64,000 nt of DNA from an uncultured Gammaproteobacteria bacterium (GCA_964413645.1 CAYPSA010000004.1:25765-89764); one strand, 5' to 3'. Positions 1-9,097 are shown, counted from the stretch's first letter. The notes: generated by a model not told the origin, from the letters alone. Made by a program: numbers and translations.

Positions 1-1106
1 AGGTCTTCTTCATCTAAATACATGTGACTTGCAGTTGCAGATTTGTCAATCAAAGAAAGATCGAAAAAGTCATCAAACTTTTTGTCCTGCTTATTTACAA
101 TTTTATTATTACCTTCGCTCACTTTTTGTTCAAGCTCGGCAACTTCTTTTTCATATTTTTTTCCAACCTTTTTTTTCAAAGAAGCAACTTCATTTTGAGC
201 ATCAGTAATTAATAGTGTCGCGCGCTCAATATTTAATGGCGCAACATTCGTTGCTTCTTCAAGTTTTGTATTCACAATTTCGGAAGATGCAGCAATATTT
301 TTTTTTGCTATTTCTCTTTCACGCCGCGCAACTCCAAACACCACACTCCATGTTAATAATGAAAGAAGAATCACAACTGCTGCAATAGTGATTTTTTTAG
401 AACGAGTTGTTGGAATCTTTTCCGATATACCACTTCCGACTTCGCCATGAATGAGTGTGTTGGATGACCGCGAGGGTTGACTGCTCTGTGTGGTTTGGAT
501 AGTGACTTCATCCTTTTGTAACTGCTCTTGAAGTGTGGGAGCAGCTTCGATCGCAATTAACGGTTCTTTTACGAACGATGTTAATAAACATGCACTCCCA
601 GGTTTTTCGTGTGTCTTTTTGCCAACTTCCTCCGCGGCCGTTGCAAGGTCGGCGCTTTTAAGCGATTCTGTTAAAAGCTCCACACTTACACTCTTTACCG
701 CTGACACCGTTTGAAAAATAAATATATCGGCAGGCAATACTTTACCTGACGCGTTAATTGATCCGCTAACAATCTTGCGAATTACCCCATCGCGCTTAAT
801 ATGAACTGCCCCTCCTCCAATAACTACCACATAAATTACATCACTAACAACACATCCACACGAAGCCGAGAATGCTGAGTCGCTTTGTAATACTGATAAT
901 TCTCTCGTAATAGCTTCTTGGAATTCTTCCAAACTACTTGGTGGATGTATTTTCAACGATTCTCGAAGAGATTCAGTGGCTTCATTAATGGTCTCTTTTT
1001 CAATTTCATGTGTTTCTAACACTACAGCAACGCTTACATCGCTTATAAACGAGGTTGAAGCTGTTTCCGTATCTGAAGCTCGATAAATACCGTACCGTAC
1101 GTCCAT
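1..1106 (-). CDS. hypothetical membrane-anchored protein (start in window, 3' end runs off left edge)
   Basis: Minus-strand frame is open from the ATG (cat at 1104-1106) to the window edge. It is absent from the ORF track because there is no stop in the window. Translation MDVRYGIYRASDTE...; one TM (ITIAAVVILLSLLTWSVVFGV) followed by a Lys/Glu-rich coiled-coil-like region. No family recognised. Confidence 0.5.
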   Translation of the reverse strand, partial: MDVRYGIYRASDTETASTSFISDVSVAVVLETHEIEKETINEATESLRESLKIHPPSSLEEFQEAITRELSVLQSDSAFSASCGCVVSDVIYVVVIGGGAVHIKRDGVIRKIVSGSINASGKVLPADIFIFQTVSAVKSVSVELLTESLKSADLATAAEEVGKKTHEKPGSACLLTSFVKEPLIAIEAAPTLQEQLQKDEVTIQTTQSSQPSRSSNTLIHGEVGSGISEKIPTTRSKKITIAAVVILLSLLTWSVVFGVARREREIAKKNIAASSEIVNTKLEEATNVAPLNIERATLLITDAQNEVASLKKKVGKKYEKEVAELEQKVSEGNNKIVNKQDKKFDDFFDLSLIDKSATASHMYLDEED

Positions 1107-1107
1107 G

Positions 1108-1344
1108 TTATAGAATAAGGATACCGTATGTCAAAAGAATTAGCGACAAGATAAGTTGAACCGTAGATGCAAGCTTTAACACACCATTGTCATGCACCTG
1201 AATCGTTTTTATAAGAACCTGTACTTGTTTAACCATTACAAATGCGTACAATACGTACAAAAAGCTCAAAACAATACCGAATAGCTTAATAAACATCGCT
1301 ACAAGGTCGGGATAATGAAGGTACAATAAAAAATAGTCAAACAT
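1108..1344 (-). CDS. small hydrophobic membrane protein, unknown function
   Basis: 78 aa ORF, mostly hydrophobic helices, packed 1 nt from both neighbours on the same strand. Confidence 0.45.
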   Translation of the reverse strand: MFDYFLLYLHYPDLVAMFIKLFGIVLSFLYVLYAFVMVKQVQVLIKTIQVHDNGVLKLASTVQLILSLILLTYGILIL

Positions 1345-1345
1345 A

Positions 1346-1909
1346 TTATCTTGGACGCGATTCCATAAGTTTATTAATAATTGTTACGACTTCAGAAGGA
1401 TACGGCACACTGTGAAAGTCTATTCCTTGGTTGGTACCTGCAGTTTGAGCTTGTACATGCCCGTAATTAAAGACTGATGGGAGAAAACCAATTGACAAGC
1501 TCGAGGCATCAACGATATCATCCATGGTTGTAGCAGTCACCTCACGACTAATAATGAGATTATAGTCCACATCCAACACTCGTCGGTCGGTTACAATTCC
1601 AACATTGAATGTCCAGTCAACTATTTTTAGCAAAACGTAACCAAACACAGCTCCGTACCAAAACACATTCAAAAAAAGAATTTGACGTACATCAATGTTT
1701 GATGCAAGAGCCACATTAATTATTAAAGGAATAACCATTAAAACAAGCGCTGTAAGAACCCAGGGAATTTGCGTTATCGGATGAGCCCGCAGAACAAGAA
1801 TAACTTTTTCACCATCTTGCTGTTCTTCAAAGCGCGTATTGGGGCGGTAACAAAAGGAGTGAAAAACTCGATGTTGTTGCGCGGTGTTTACATCGTATAC
1901 CGTCGGCAT
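1346..1909 (-). CDS. membrane protein with bacterial PH-like (YdbS/YdbT-type) architecture
   Basis: 187 aa with two TM helices (PWVLTALVLMVIPLIINVALA, LNVFWYGAVFGYVLLKIV) followed by a beta-rich soluble domain. The layout resembles bPH_2 proteins; called by eye only. Confidence 0.45.
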   Translation of the reverse strand: MPTVYDVNTAQQHRVFHSFCYRPNTRFEEQQDGEKVILVLRAHPITQIPWVLTALVLMVIPLIINVALASNIDVRQILFLNVFWYGAVFGYVLLKIVDWTFNVGIVTDRRVLDVDYNLIISREVTATTMDDIVDASSLSIGFLPSVFNYGHVQAQTAGTNQGIDFHSVPYPSEVVTIINKLMESRPR

Positions 1910-1930
1910 AACTCAATTATATACTAAAAA

Positions 1931-2055
1931 TGCCCTGGCGATAACCCATTTTCCCCTGCGCATAAAGCACTGAGTATCGTAGGCGCATTTTCGTTTCATG
2001 ACTCTGTTCGAGATGAGAAGAGATGGTTCCAAAAATGCCAGAAATCACCAAGGCA
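1931..2055 (-). rRNA. rrf: 5S ribosomal RNA
   Basis: Minus-strand RNA reads GCCUUGGUGAUUUCUGGC...CUCGAACAGAGUCAUGAAAC...GCGCCUACGAUACUCAG...UAUCGCCAGGGC. The two ends pair over 9 bp (helix I), and the internal blocks match the bacterial 5S pattern (CCGAAC.., GCGCC.A.GGUA-like). Confidence 0.8.
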
Positions 2056-2075
2056 ATATGTATTATACTAAATTA

Positions 2076-2098
2076 TTTAGCGGTATACAACGGGTTTT
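2076..2098. repeat. direct repeat copy 1 (tttagcggtatacaacgggtttt), a displaced copy of the rpsA 3' end
   Basis: Perfect 23-bp identity with 3426-3448. Confidence 0.95.
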
Positions 2099-3425
2099 AA
2101 TAGTAATTGAATTTAATTCGTAAAGGCGTTCTGATACAATCAACCTATGAGTATTGCAGATCAGGAAGCAGAAGCATTTCAAAGCGGTGAACTCTTGCCC
2201 ACATATATAGAATATCTTTCATATAATGACGTATCACCTCAAACACCCCAAGAACACGAGAGCTATCTAAGTGGAAGCTTAAGCGCTCAACGATACACTG
2301 CGGAATTCAGAGCGATGATACTGAAGTATGGTGAGGACACGTTAGTTCTTGAAGCACGAAAGGCGGTCCAGGAATTGCGTAAAGCTTGTGATCAAATAGC
2401 AATCGAACCGAGTGTATATGGACAAAGTAAGTCGTGGTTTTTATGGCATGCTGCAAAAGAACGGTTCTTAGCAGAACATCCTGAGGCCCAGCAAACTATG
2501 CCAAATGCCGACAGATATTCACCAATTGATCCACTCAAATATAGAGATATCTCCGCTGCGCCTGATGAAAGAGCCCGCGCGAACAAAATGTTCGAGGAAA
2601 TCGTTAATAGTCATTTGGGCTGGGAAATACGACATGGATCGCCTACATCAAGTAGACCAGATTGGAATATCGCAGATCATCTGGATCCTGGAACGCCACC
2701 AGAAATCATCGCCGAAATCAACCAACTCATGCAGGAGCCGTTATCGGATGGGAGGCAAAGTCTTCCGGCTTACAAATTACAGCGATTAGGAGAATTAGTA
2801 ACAGCTCATCTTCCGCATGAAGATGGACAGCAATCAACCAGCATTGTTCATGTTCGGGAGCGCTTGTTAGACCGAATCAGACCGAGTCGGGCAATACAAA
2901 TATCCACCCCTCTGCGTCGTTCAGAACAAGGTCATTTCAGAGCAACGAATCGAGCACAATTTGAACGGGAAGCCCAAGCAGATGCAGGGACATTGGTCGT
3001 GGAATCATCATTTAATAACGTAGATGGTGGTACGGTAATAACATATACTGGACTCGGAAGATCGATTCAAAGACAAGAATGGAAATTTGATCCGACCGGC
3101 AAACTCGTTGGAATGTCACTTATTGATGCTGTCGATACTGAAGCCATGGGCGGAAATTTTTCTGGACAATCAGCCCGTACATATTTTACTAATCCTGACT
3201 TTCGCACTCAGAAACCTTCTGTAAGCACCGCACGAACGATCACTCTCGAGCGTGATCCTAATGATGAAAGCGTATTCAGGGTTGCTCCCGGCAGTGAAAA
3301 TTTTGACGGAGGATTAGTACAAAAATGGAATCAGCAGAGAGAGGCAAACAAATACAGATTGTTTTCAAGAAAAACTCCCTCTTCAAACGACGACTAGTTC
3401 ACATAGATGCAAGATCGAGAGATAC
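2099..3425. mobile_element. putative integrase-less single-gene insertion bounded by 23-bp direct repeats
   Basis: 1327 bp between the two repeat copies, carrying a single ORF. G+C is higher than in the flanking genes in hand-counted samples. Confidence 0.45.
2147..3397 (+). CDS. hypothetical protein (416 aa, no recognisable family, Lys-poor, Arg/Gln/Glu-rich)
   Basis: Long ATG-initiated ORF with TACAAT (2135-2140) 6 nt upstream of the ATG. No TM or signal peptide seen. Confidence 0.6.
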   Translation: MSIADQEAEAFQSGELLPTYIEYLSYNDVSPQTPQEHESYLSGSLSAQRYTAEFRAMILKYGEDTLVLEARKAVQELRKACDQIAIEPSVYGQSKSWFLWHAAKERFLAEHPEAQQTMPNADRYSPIDPLKYRDISAAPDERARANKMFEEIVNSHLGWEIRHGSPTSSRPDWNIADHLDPGTPPEIIAEINQLMQEPLSDGRQSLPAYKLQRLGELVTAHLPHEDGQQSTSIVHVRERLLDRIRPSRAIQISTPLRRSEQGHFRATNRAQFEREAQADAGTLVVESSFNNVDGGTVITYTGLGRSIQRQEWKFDPTGKLVGMSLIDAVDTEAMGGNFSGQSARTYFTNPDFRTQKPSVSTARTITLERDPNDESVFRVAPGSENFDGGLVQKWNQQREANKYRLFSRKTPSSNDD

Positions 3426-3448
3426 TTTAGCGGTATACAACGGGTTTT
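3426..3448. repeat. direct repeat copy 2 (last 7 codons plus stop of rpsA)
   Basis: Perfect 23-bp identity with 2076-2098; encodes ...KPVVYR* on the minus strand. Confidence 0.95.
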
Positions 3449-4560
3449 TCATGAGGGAGCAAAATGAGACTCATGCGGCGTTGAACGGTGTCAACCTTTT
3501 CTACATATACTTTAATTTTGTCGCCAATAGGAAGTTCTTTATCGTTAGTAATCTTGGAAATATGAATAAGTCCTTCGATACCTGGTTCTAGTCGAACGAT
3601 GTAGCCATATTTTTCTCGACGAATAAGTTCGCCTTCGAATTCTTTATCGGTTGGGTATTTCTTTTCAACATCATCCCAAGGATCTTTACTAAGTCTCTTC
3701 ACTGAAAGATTTAATTTAAAGTTTTCAAGATTCTTTTCAACAACAACCACATCAATTGTTTCCCCTTCCTTCAAATGAGTCTTTGGATCGCTGATTTTCT
3801 TCCATGAAATTTCAGAAATATGAATAAGTCCTTCAATATTTCCAACTTCACAAAAAACACCAAATTCAGTAAATCCAATAATGGTAGCCTTATATTTTTC
3901 GCCGACCTTAATACTATCGAATTCTTTATGAAGATCTTTATATGACAAGCCCATAACTGAAGCTTTTTGAGAAACAACGAGTCTATTTTTTGCACGGTCA
4001 ACTTCAAGAACTTTTACACGTACCTTTTGTCCTCGTAGTTTTTCAGGATTATTAATGAAATCTTTGGTAAGTTGGATTTTTGGAATGACTCCTCGAATTC
4101 CCATAAATTCAATGAATACGCCACCTTTGCCATAATCACCACATAATACGTCAATTTCTTCTTCACCTTTTTGTTTTTCTTCCAAAATGTCCCACTTACC
4201 TTTTTCAAAGAATTTGCGCATTGAAACGACCGGATATCCTTCTTTTGATTCTTCAACAACGATCCGAACTTTTACCATATCTCCTACTTTAAAGAATGGT
4301 AAGTATGTTGAAAGGTCAGCAGCCTCGAGTTGTCCTAAAACTGCATATGATTTCCATCCGATGTCGAATAAAATGCTCTTTTTTGTAATAGCAATGATTT
4401 TTCCTTCAATTTCAGATCCTTTTTTTGGTGGTTTGAAAGAATTTTTACTAAGCAAATCAGCCATAGAACCTGAAAGTGGTTTTTTTGCCTTAATTTCTTT
4501 TTGAACTACGGTTTCGGTAGCTTTTGCGGGTTTAGTAGTAGCAGCTTTTTTTGTTGGCAT
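3427..4560 (-). CDS. rpsA: 30S ribosomal protein S1-like (multiple S1 RNA-binding domains)
   Basis: 377 aa with repeated S1-domain signatures (G..v.G.V......G.fv..g...Glih.Se), for example GEKYKATIIGFTEFGVFCEVGNIEGLIHISEISW. AGGAGG lies upstream (4574-4579, revcomp). Confidence 0.8.
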   Translation of the reverse strand: MPTKKAATTKPAKATETVVQKEIKAKKPLSGSMADLLSKNSFKPPKKGSEIEGKIIAITKKSILFDIGWKSYAVLGQLEAADLSTYLPFFKVGDMVKVRIVVEESKEGYPVVSMRKFFEKGKWDILEEKQKGEEEIDVLCGDYGKGGVFIEFMGIRGVIPKIQLTKDFINNPEKLRGQKVRVKVLEVDRAKNRLVVSQKASVMGLSYKDLHKEFDSIKVGEKYKATIIGFTEFGVFCEVGNIEGLIHISEISWKKISDPKTHLKEGETIDVVVVEKNLENFKLNLSVKRLSKDPWDDVEKKYPTDKEFEGELIRREKYGYIVRLEPGIEGLIHISKITNDKELPIGDKIKVYVEKVDTVQRRMSLILLPHEKPVVYR

Positions 4561-4682
4561 TTCGTTAATTCGTCCTCCTTGATCGGTTTGATCAAGCTAT
4601 AGTATAGCAGAAAGTTGTGTAAAAACAATAATGAGTTTCATTCCTTTGCAGTAGACTGCTCTGTTTGGTATCATATAAATAT

Positions 4683-5327
4683 ATGAGTGCATCCGAAAGA
4701 GGAAAAATTGGTCTGCGTTTAGAGCGAACTGCTATGGCAAGTGAAGGCTGGACAACATGGGGGATGACTGAAGCAGATAAGGGGAGAGACGTTCTGCCTG
4801 GTATGATTGGATTTACTCGCGAAAATGTATTAGAAGGACTTGCTGCCAAGCCTCTCGGGTCAATTGCTGAGAGGACGCTACCAGATGTGGAGAATGGTAA
4901 TGGAATCCTTATTGCGGCCCCTTTACAAGGCGTCGATGGAATTGATAGGATTATTGGCTTTCTTCAGCCACAATTCAATCGGAAACGCGGACTAGACAGG
5001 TCTGCTCCAATACATTCATCTCTTACATACGTAGGGATTCGTACCAATGGTAGCTTAATGCAATCTAACCGGAGAGGTTTGTTTCAAATCGCATGGGAAC
5101 CACGCGTAGGCGAAAGACCAGACGAGTTATTCCTATCGCACGTATGGGGTTCGTTACCTATCGATCCAAGGAGCTTTATTTCCGACTCTGTTCTTCAAAC
5201 CGCTCAATGGGTAGAAGCAAATCCAAATGAAGATGGAACAATATTCGAGCTTCCAGATGAAATTGGACATCTAAAAGTACCACCTGTAATTATTGCGGGT
5301 TTTACAATGATGCGTATTCCAAGCTGA
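4683..5327 (+). CDS. hypothetical protein (about 214 aa, no recognisable family, higher G+C)
   Basis: The ORF track start at 4665 is TTG; the first ATG is 4683 (MSASERGK...). No TM. Composition resembles the other orphan genes. Confidence 0.5.
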   Translation: MSASERGKIGLRLERTAMASEGWTTWGMTEADKGRDVLPGMIGFTRENVLEGLAAKPLGSIAERTLPDVENGNGILIAAPLQGVDGIDRIIGFLQPQFNRKRGLDRSAPIHSSLTYVGIRTNGSLMQSNRRGLFQIAWEPRVGERPDELFLSHVWGSLPIDPRSFISDSVLQTAQWVEANPNEDGTIFELPDEIGHLKVPPVIIAGFTMMRIPS

Positions 5328-5334
5328 CAAGTTT

Positions 5335-6855
5335 CTATTCTTCCCGTACTCGATACTGAAGTGCCTCAGAAATTTCACTAACACCAATCGCTCTAATTCC
5401 TTCCAAATCTGCGATTGTTTGCGACAGTTTAATAATTTTGAAATATGACCGGGCTGAAAGGGAAAGTCGAGAGATTGCCTGAGTAAGAAGACTTGATGCT
5501 TCTGGCTCCATAGTTGTGTATTTTCGAATATCGGCGGCGCTCATTTCACTATTTGTCCGTAACCCACTGGAACCAAAACGCTTCATTTGAATTTCGCGGG
5601 CTTTTTGCACTTTTTCACGTATGCTTTTACTAGCTTCTTCGTGTATTTCGCTCACTAGATCCTCCTCTTTAACTGGCCCAACCGTTACGTGAATGTCAAT
5701 TCGATCTAAAATCGGCCCCGATACCCTTTTCTTATACTGACTTATTTGGAACACGTTACAATGACACCTCTTTTTAGGATGCCCCAGAAATCCACACGGA
5801 CAGGGGTTTGAAGCAGCAATAAGTAAAAATTTTGCAGGGAACGTAACCGACCCAGTTGCACGAGATATAGATACTACCCCGTCTTCGATTGGCTGTCGCA
5901 AGGCCTCAATAACGCTCCGTGGAAACTCTGGAAATTCATCAAGAAATAACGCTCCACGATGGGCCAGTGAAATTTCGCCCGGCGTAAGTTTTGCGCCTCC
6001 CCCAATAAGGCCAATTCGAGAAACCGTATGATGTGGTGCCCGAAATGGACGAATTGTTCGAATAATACCGTCAGTATTTTGACCAGCTACTGAATATATC
6101 TTAGTAACCTCTACCGCTTCCTCTTCATCCATGTCGGGTAATATAGAAGGAAATGCGCGCGACATGAGCGTCTTACCTCCTCCGGGAGGACCTTTTAAAT
6201 GAATATTATGAAAACCTGCTGCGGCAATTGTGAGGGCTCTTTTAGCTTGTTGCTGACCATGAATAGCTGAAAAATCACTTTCGTAATTATTTTTTCTTCG
6301 AACTGAACGTAATGAAATATACTGATGAGGTTCCTTGATTTTGATCTTATTAAGATGAAGTATGAGATCGGTAAGTTTTTCAAATGAATACACAAAAATT
6401 CCTTCAACCATTGCTGCTTCCGCGACGTTTTGCCGAGGTACAATAATATTTTTAATGTGCTCTTTTTTTGCAAGAATAGTAATGGGAAGCACTCCAGAAA
6501 CAGGTTGAATTTTACCTTCTAAGGATAGTTCTCCAATAAATAATGAGTTCTCTACAAAATCTCGTTCTAAATTACCCGATGAGGCGAGTATACCAACAGC
6601 TATGGGTAAATCAAATAACGACCCCTCTTTAGGAATATTTGCTGGTGCTAAATTCACAACAATTCGGGACTCCGGCATTTCAAAATCGGAATTATGAATC
6701 GCAGTTTTTACGCGTTCTTTTGATTCCTCAATTGATTTATTGGGAAGTCCTACAATATTAAATGCCGGAAATCCACGACTCGCCACATCAACTTCAACCT
6801 TAATCAACACTCCGTCCAGTCCCACTGTTGCTGCTGAATATACAGTGGTTAGCAT
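5335..6855 (-). CDS. comM: YifB/ComM family Mg-chelatase-like AAA ATPase
   Basis: 506 aa with an N-terminal Lon-S5-like domain, Walker A GPPGGGKT, FLDEFPEF Walker B, and a CPCG...C.C zinc motif typical of ComM/YifB. Confidence 0.85.
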   Translation of the reverse strand: MLTTVYSAATVGLDGVLIKVEVDVASRGFPAFNIVGLPNKSIEESKERVKTAIHNSDFEMPESRIVVNLAPANIPKEGSLFDLPIAVGILASSGNLERDFVENSLFIGELSLEGKIQPVSGVLPITILAKKEHIKNIIVPRQNVAEAAMVEGIFVYSFEKLTDLILHLNKIKIKEPHQYISLRSVRRKNNYESDFSAIHGQQQAKRALTIAAAGFHNIHLKGPPGGGKTLMSRAFPSILPDMDEEEAVEVTKIYSVAGQNTDGIIRTIRPFRAPHHTVSRIGLIGGGAKLTPGEISLAHRGALFLDEFPEFPRSVIEALRQPIEDGVVSISRATGSVTFPAKFLLIAASNPCPCGFLGHPKKRCHCNVFQISQYKKRVSGPILDRIDIHVTVGPVKEEDLVSEIHEEASKSIREKVQKAREIQMKRFGSSGLRTNSEMSAADIRKYTTMEPEASSLLTQAISRLSLSARSYFKIIKLSQTIADLEGIRAIGVSEISEALQYRVREE

Positions 6856-6856
6856 C

Positions 6857-9022
6857 TTACTTTTTTGGCTTGGCTTTAATCATTTGTATAATATCCGATC
6901 CTTGAAAATTCATACCATCTTTGAGTAATCCAGTAAGTGTGGCCGAGGTTGAAGAACACAAAAGCGATGTATCTTTCAATTTAAAATTGAATACTGCGTC
7001 CGGCCTACCATCTCTATTAATATCTTGGGTTAAATGAAACGCTTTATGCGTAATTGGATTGATAAATATGTTTCTAGCTCCAGCGAATGCAACCGAATTA
7101 TCATTAATATCTTTAACATCAAACATGTCTGTTCCTAGTACAGCAATCGGGATCATAAGGCCTGAATTATTGCAAAATCCAACATTATTCTTAACGTGTG
7201 GTTCAATATCAATTGTTACGCCTAATTTTAGGATGGTTTGTGCAGGCTGAGGATTGTAAATAAGTTTATATTTGTGTGTTGATTGTTCCGTATATGGATT
7301 ATGTTGTTCAAAAACTTTAATTTTCAATGTCCCAGAACTGTCAGACGCGTGCACCGCAAGAGGAATGTCTAGCAAGTCAGATGTAAGAGAAACAATGTAT
7401 TCTCCTGCCACAGGCGTTCCAATAGTTACCGTATTATTACTTGATGATAAGAGCGAGGAAGATAGATTGGCGTTTGGAATTTCCTCATTTACTCTTCCTT
7501 TTGGATCGGTTACTTGAATTTTCCCCGGATACTTTGTGGTAAATTCAAGAGAGCTAAAATCGCTCGCTGTTTTTTTATAGCGCCTTATTCCGAACGCACT
7601 GTTCGAATAAGGTTTTTGATTTAATCTCGAAATATCATTTCGCGGATCGTTAACAACAAATGTTTCCTGATCTATTCCGGTAATAAGCGCCCAGTGTTCA
7701 TTGTTTTGAACTTTTGCAACGACAGGCTGATCATTCTTAATATCCTCCGCGACTGTTTTTGGATCCCATTCCGTGCTTTTTGCATCACTGAAAGAAACAA
7801 TTTTTTGAGTTCCAAATTTTTTATTTGAATCAGCCGAATATCGATCGGCTGCAGACCAAATGACATTTCCAAATGCATATCCTTGACTCACGCACCCTGA
7901 AGAAACACATTGGGTATTTTTATTAAAGTACTCATTAAGTACTAGAGGACTTGTTTGTTTTCCATCGGGACTTTTGGTAACGCCGTGAAAGCTTAAAAGC
8001 ATTGACAAAGATGTAATAACACACCCGCAATCGGCAATTGTTTTACCGCAATTCAAAGGCTGTTTATCTGCGTTGCCATACAATTCATTTGCCCACAATT
8101 GATTGGTTTGCTTAACCAACGGAATATCTAAAATAAAGGGCGGCGGAGCAGAAGGTGTAAACACGACTACGCGATGATTTCGCGCATCTGCAACGTACAC
8201 TCTGCCCCGCCTATCAACTCCAGTGCCATGGGGGACATTAAGAATGCCTTCGCCAAACATGGTTAATAGTTGACCGTCTTTAGAATATTTCTCAACCCTA
8301 TTTTTATATGTATTTGCGACAAATATGTTGTCGTTTTGATCGATAAATAAGTCTTGTGCAAATGCAAACGAGCCCCATTGTGCAAGACGTATTCCTTGTG
8401 GTGTAAACTTCATTATTGAGTCGTTTGCCATAACATACACGTATCCTTGCGAGTCAACTCTCACAGCTTCCAAACGAGCATGAATATTTAAAACTCCGTT
8501 CGTTCCCCATGAAGTAATCGGGTTCCCAACTGAATCAAATTTTTCGATATAGTTATCTGCATGCACTGAGTACACATAATTATCTGGGCTCACGGCAATA
8601 CCTACTCCGCGTGGAGTAAAGTTTCCACCTTGCTCACCACGCCATTCCGTTAAATAGGTGCCATTTTTATCAAGTTTCACAATGCGATGATTATTTGTGT
8701 CGGCAATGTAAAAATTTCCGTCACTTCCTTGTGCGATTTTTTCGGGATTCTTAAAACCAGTCCATGCTGAAAGAACTTGCGCATTCTGATTAAATAATTG
8801 AATTCGATTATTCAAATAATCCGCAACCAAAACTCTTTCATCATAATCAACATACACATCAACGGGGAAATCAAAATATCCCAGACCAGATCCATACCCT
8901 TTCCAGATTTCAGATAATGAATATGTCGTTTCCGCAGCAATAATTGGGGAAACGAAAATGAATAGCGACAAGAATGTGACTGAAAACACTGATATTGCCA
9001 AACTAAAAAAGAGTCGGTTCAT
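6857..9022 (-). CDS. secreted NHL-repeat protein fused to a C39-like cysteine peptidase-type domain
   Basis: Signal/TM at the N-terminus. Repeated NHL motifs (LVADYLNNRIQLF, YIADTNNHRIVKL, FVANTYKNRVEKY, YVADARNHRVVVF), then CGKTIADCGCVITSLSMLL and NNEHWALITG (Cys/His of peptidase_C39_2-like domains), then a beta-rich C-terminus. Confidence 0.6.
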   Translation of the reverse strand: MNRLFFSLAISVFSVTFLSLFIFVSPIIAAETTYSLSEIWKGYGSGLGYFDFPVDVYVDYDERVLVADYLNNRIQLFNQNAQVLSAWTGFKNPEKIAQGSDGNFYIADTNNHRIVKLDKNGTYLTEWRGEQGGNFTPRGVGIAVSPDNYVYSVHADNYIEKFDSVGNPITSWGTNGVLNIHARLEAVRVDSQGYVYVMANDSIMKFTPQGIRLAQWGSFAFAQDLFIDQNDNIFVANTYKNRVEKYSKDGQLLTMFGEGILNVPHGTGVDRRGRVYVADARNHRVVVFTPSAPPPFILDIPLVKQTNQLWANELYGNADKQPLNCGKTIADCGCVITSLSMLLSFHGVTKSPDGKQTSPLVLNEYFNKNTQCVSSGCVSQGYAFGNVIWSAADRYSADSNKKFGTQKIVSFSDAKSTEWDPKTVAEDIKNDQPVVAKVQNNEHWALITGIDQETFVVNDPRNDISRLNQKPYSNSAFGIRRYKKTASDFSSLEFTTKYPGKIQVTDPKGRVNEEIPNANLSSSLLSSSNNTVTIGTPVAGEYIVSLTSDLLDIPLAVHASDSSGTLKIKVFEQHNPYTEQSTHKYKLIYNPQPAQTILKLGVTIDIEPHVKNNVGFCNNSGLMIPIAVLGTDMFDVKDINDNSVAFAGARNIFINPITHKAFHLTQDINRDGRPDAVFNFKLKDTSLLCSSTSATLTGLLKDGMNFQGSDIIQMIKAKPKK

Positions 9023-9060
9023 ATGGGTGCATATGATACTGACTCTTTTTTTTGAAGTCT

Positions 9061-9097
9061 ACGGTCTATAAGTCCCATTTATGGGACTTTGGGCCGT
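9061..9097. repeat. intergenic repeat/hairpin (acggtctataagtcccatttatgggactttgggccgt)
   Basis: Contains the hairpin aagtcccat/atgggactt. About 27 of 37 positions match 21589-21625, including the 12-mer tataagtcccat. Confidence 0.7.
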
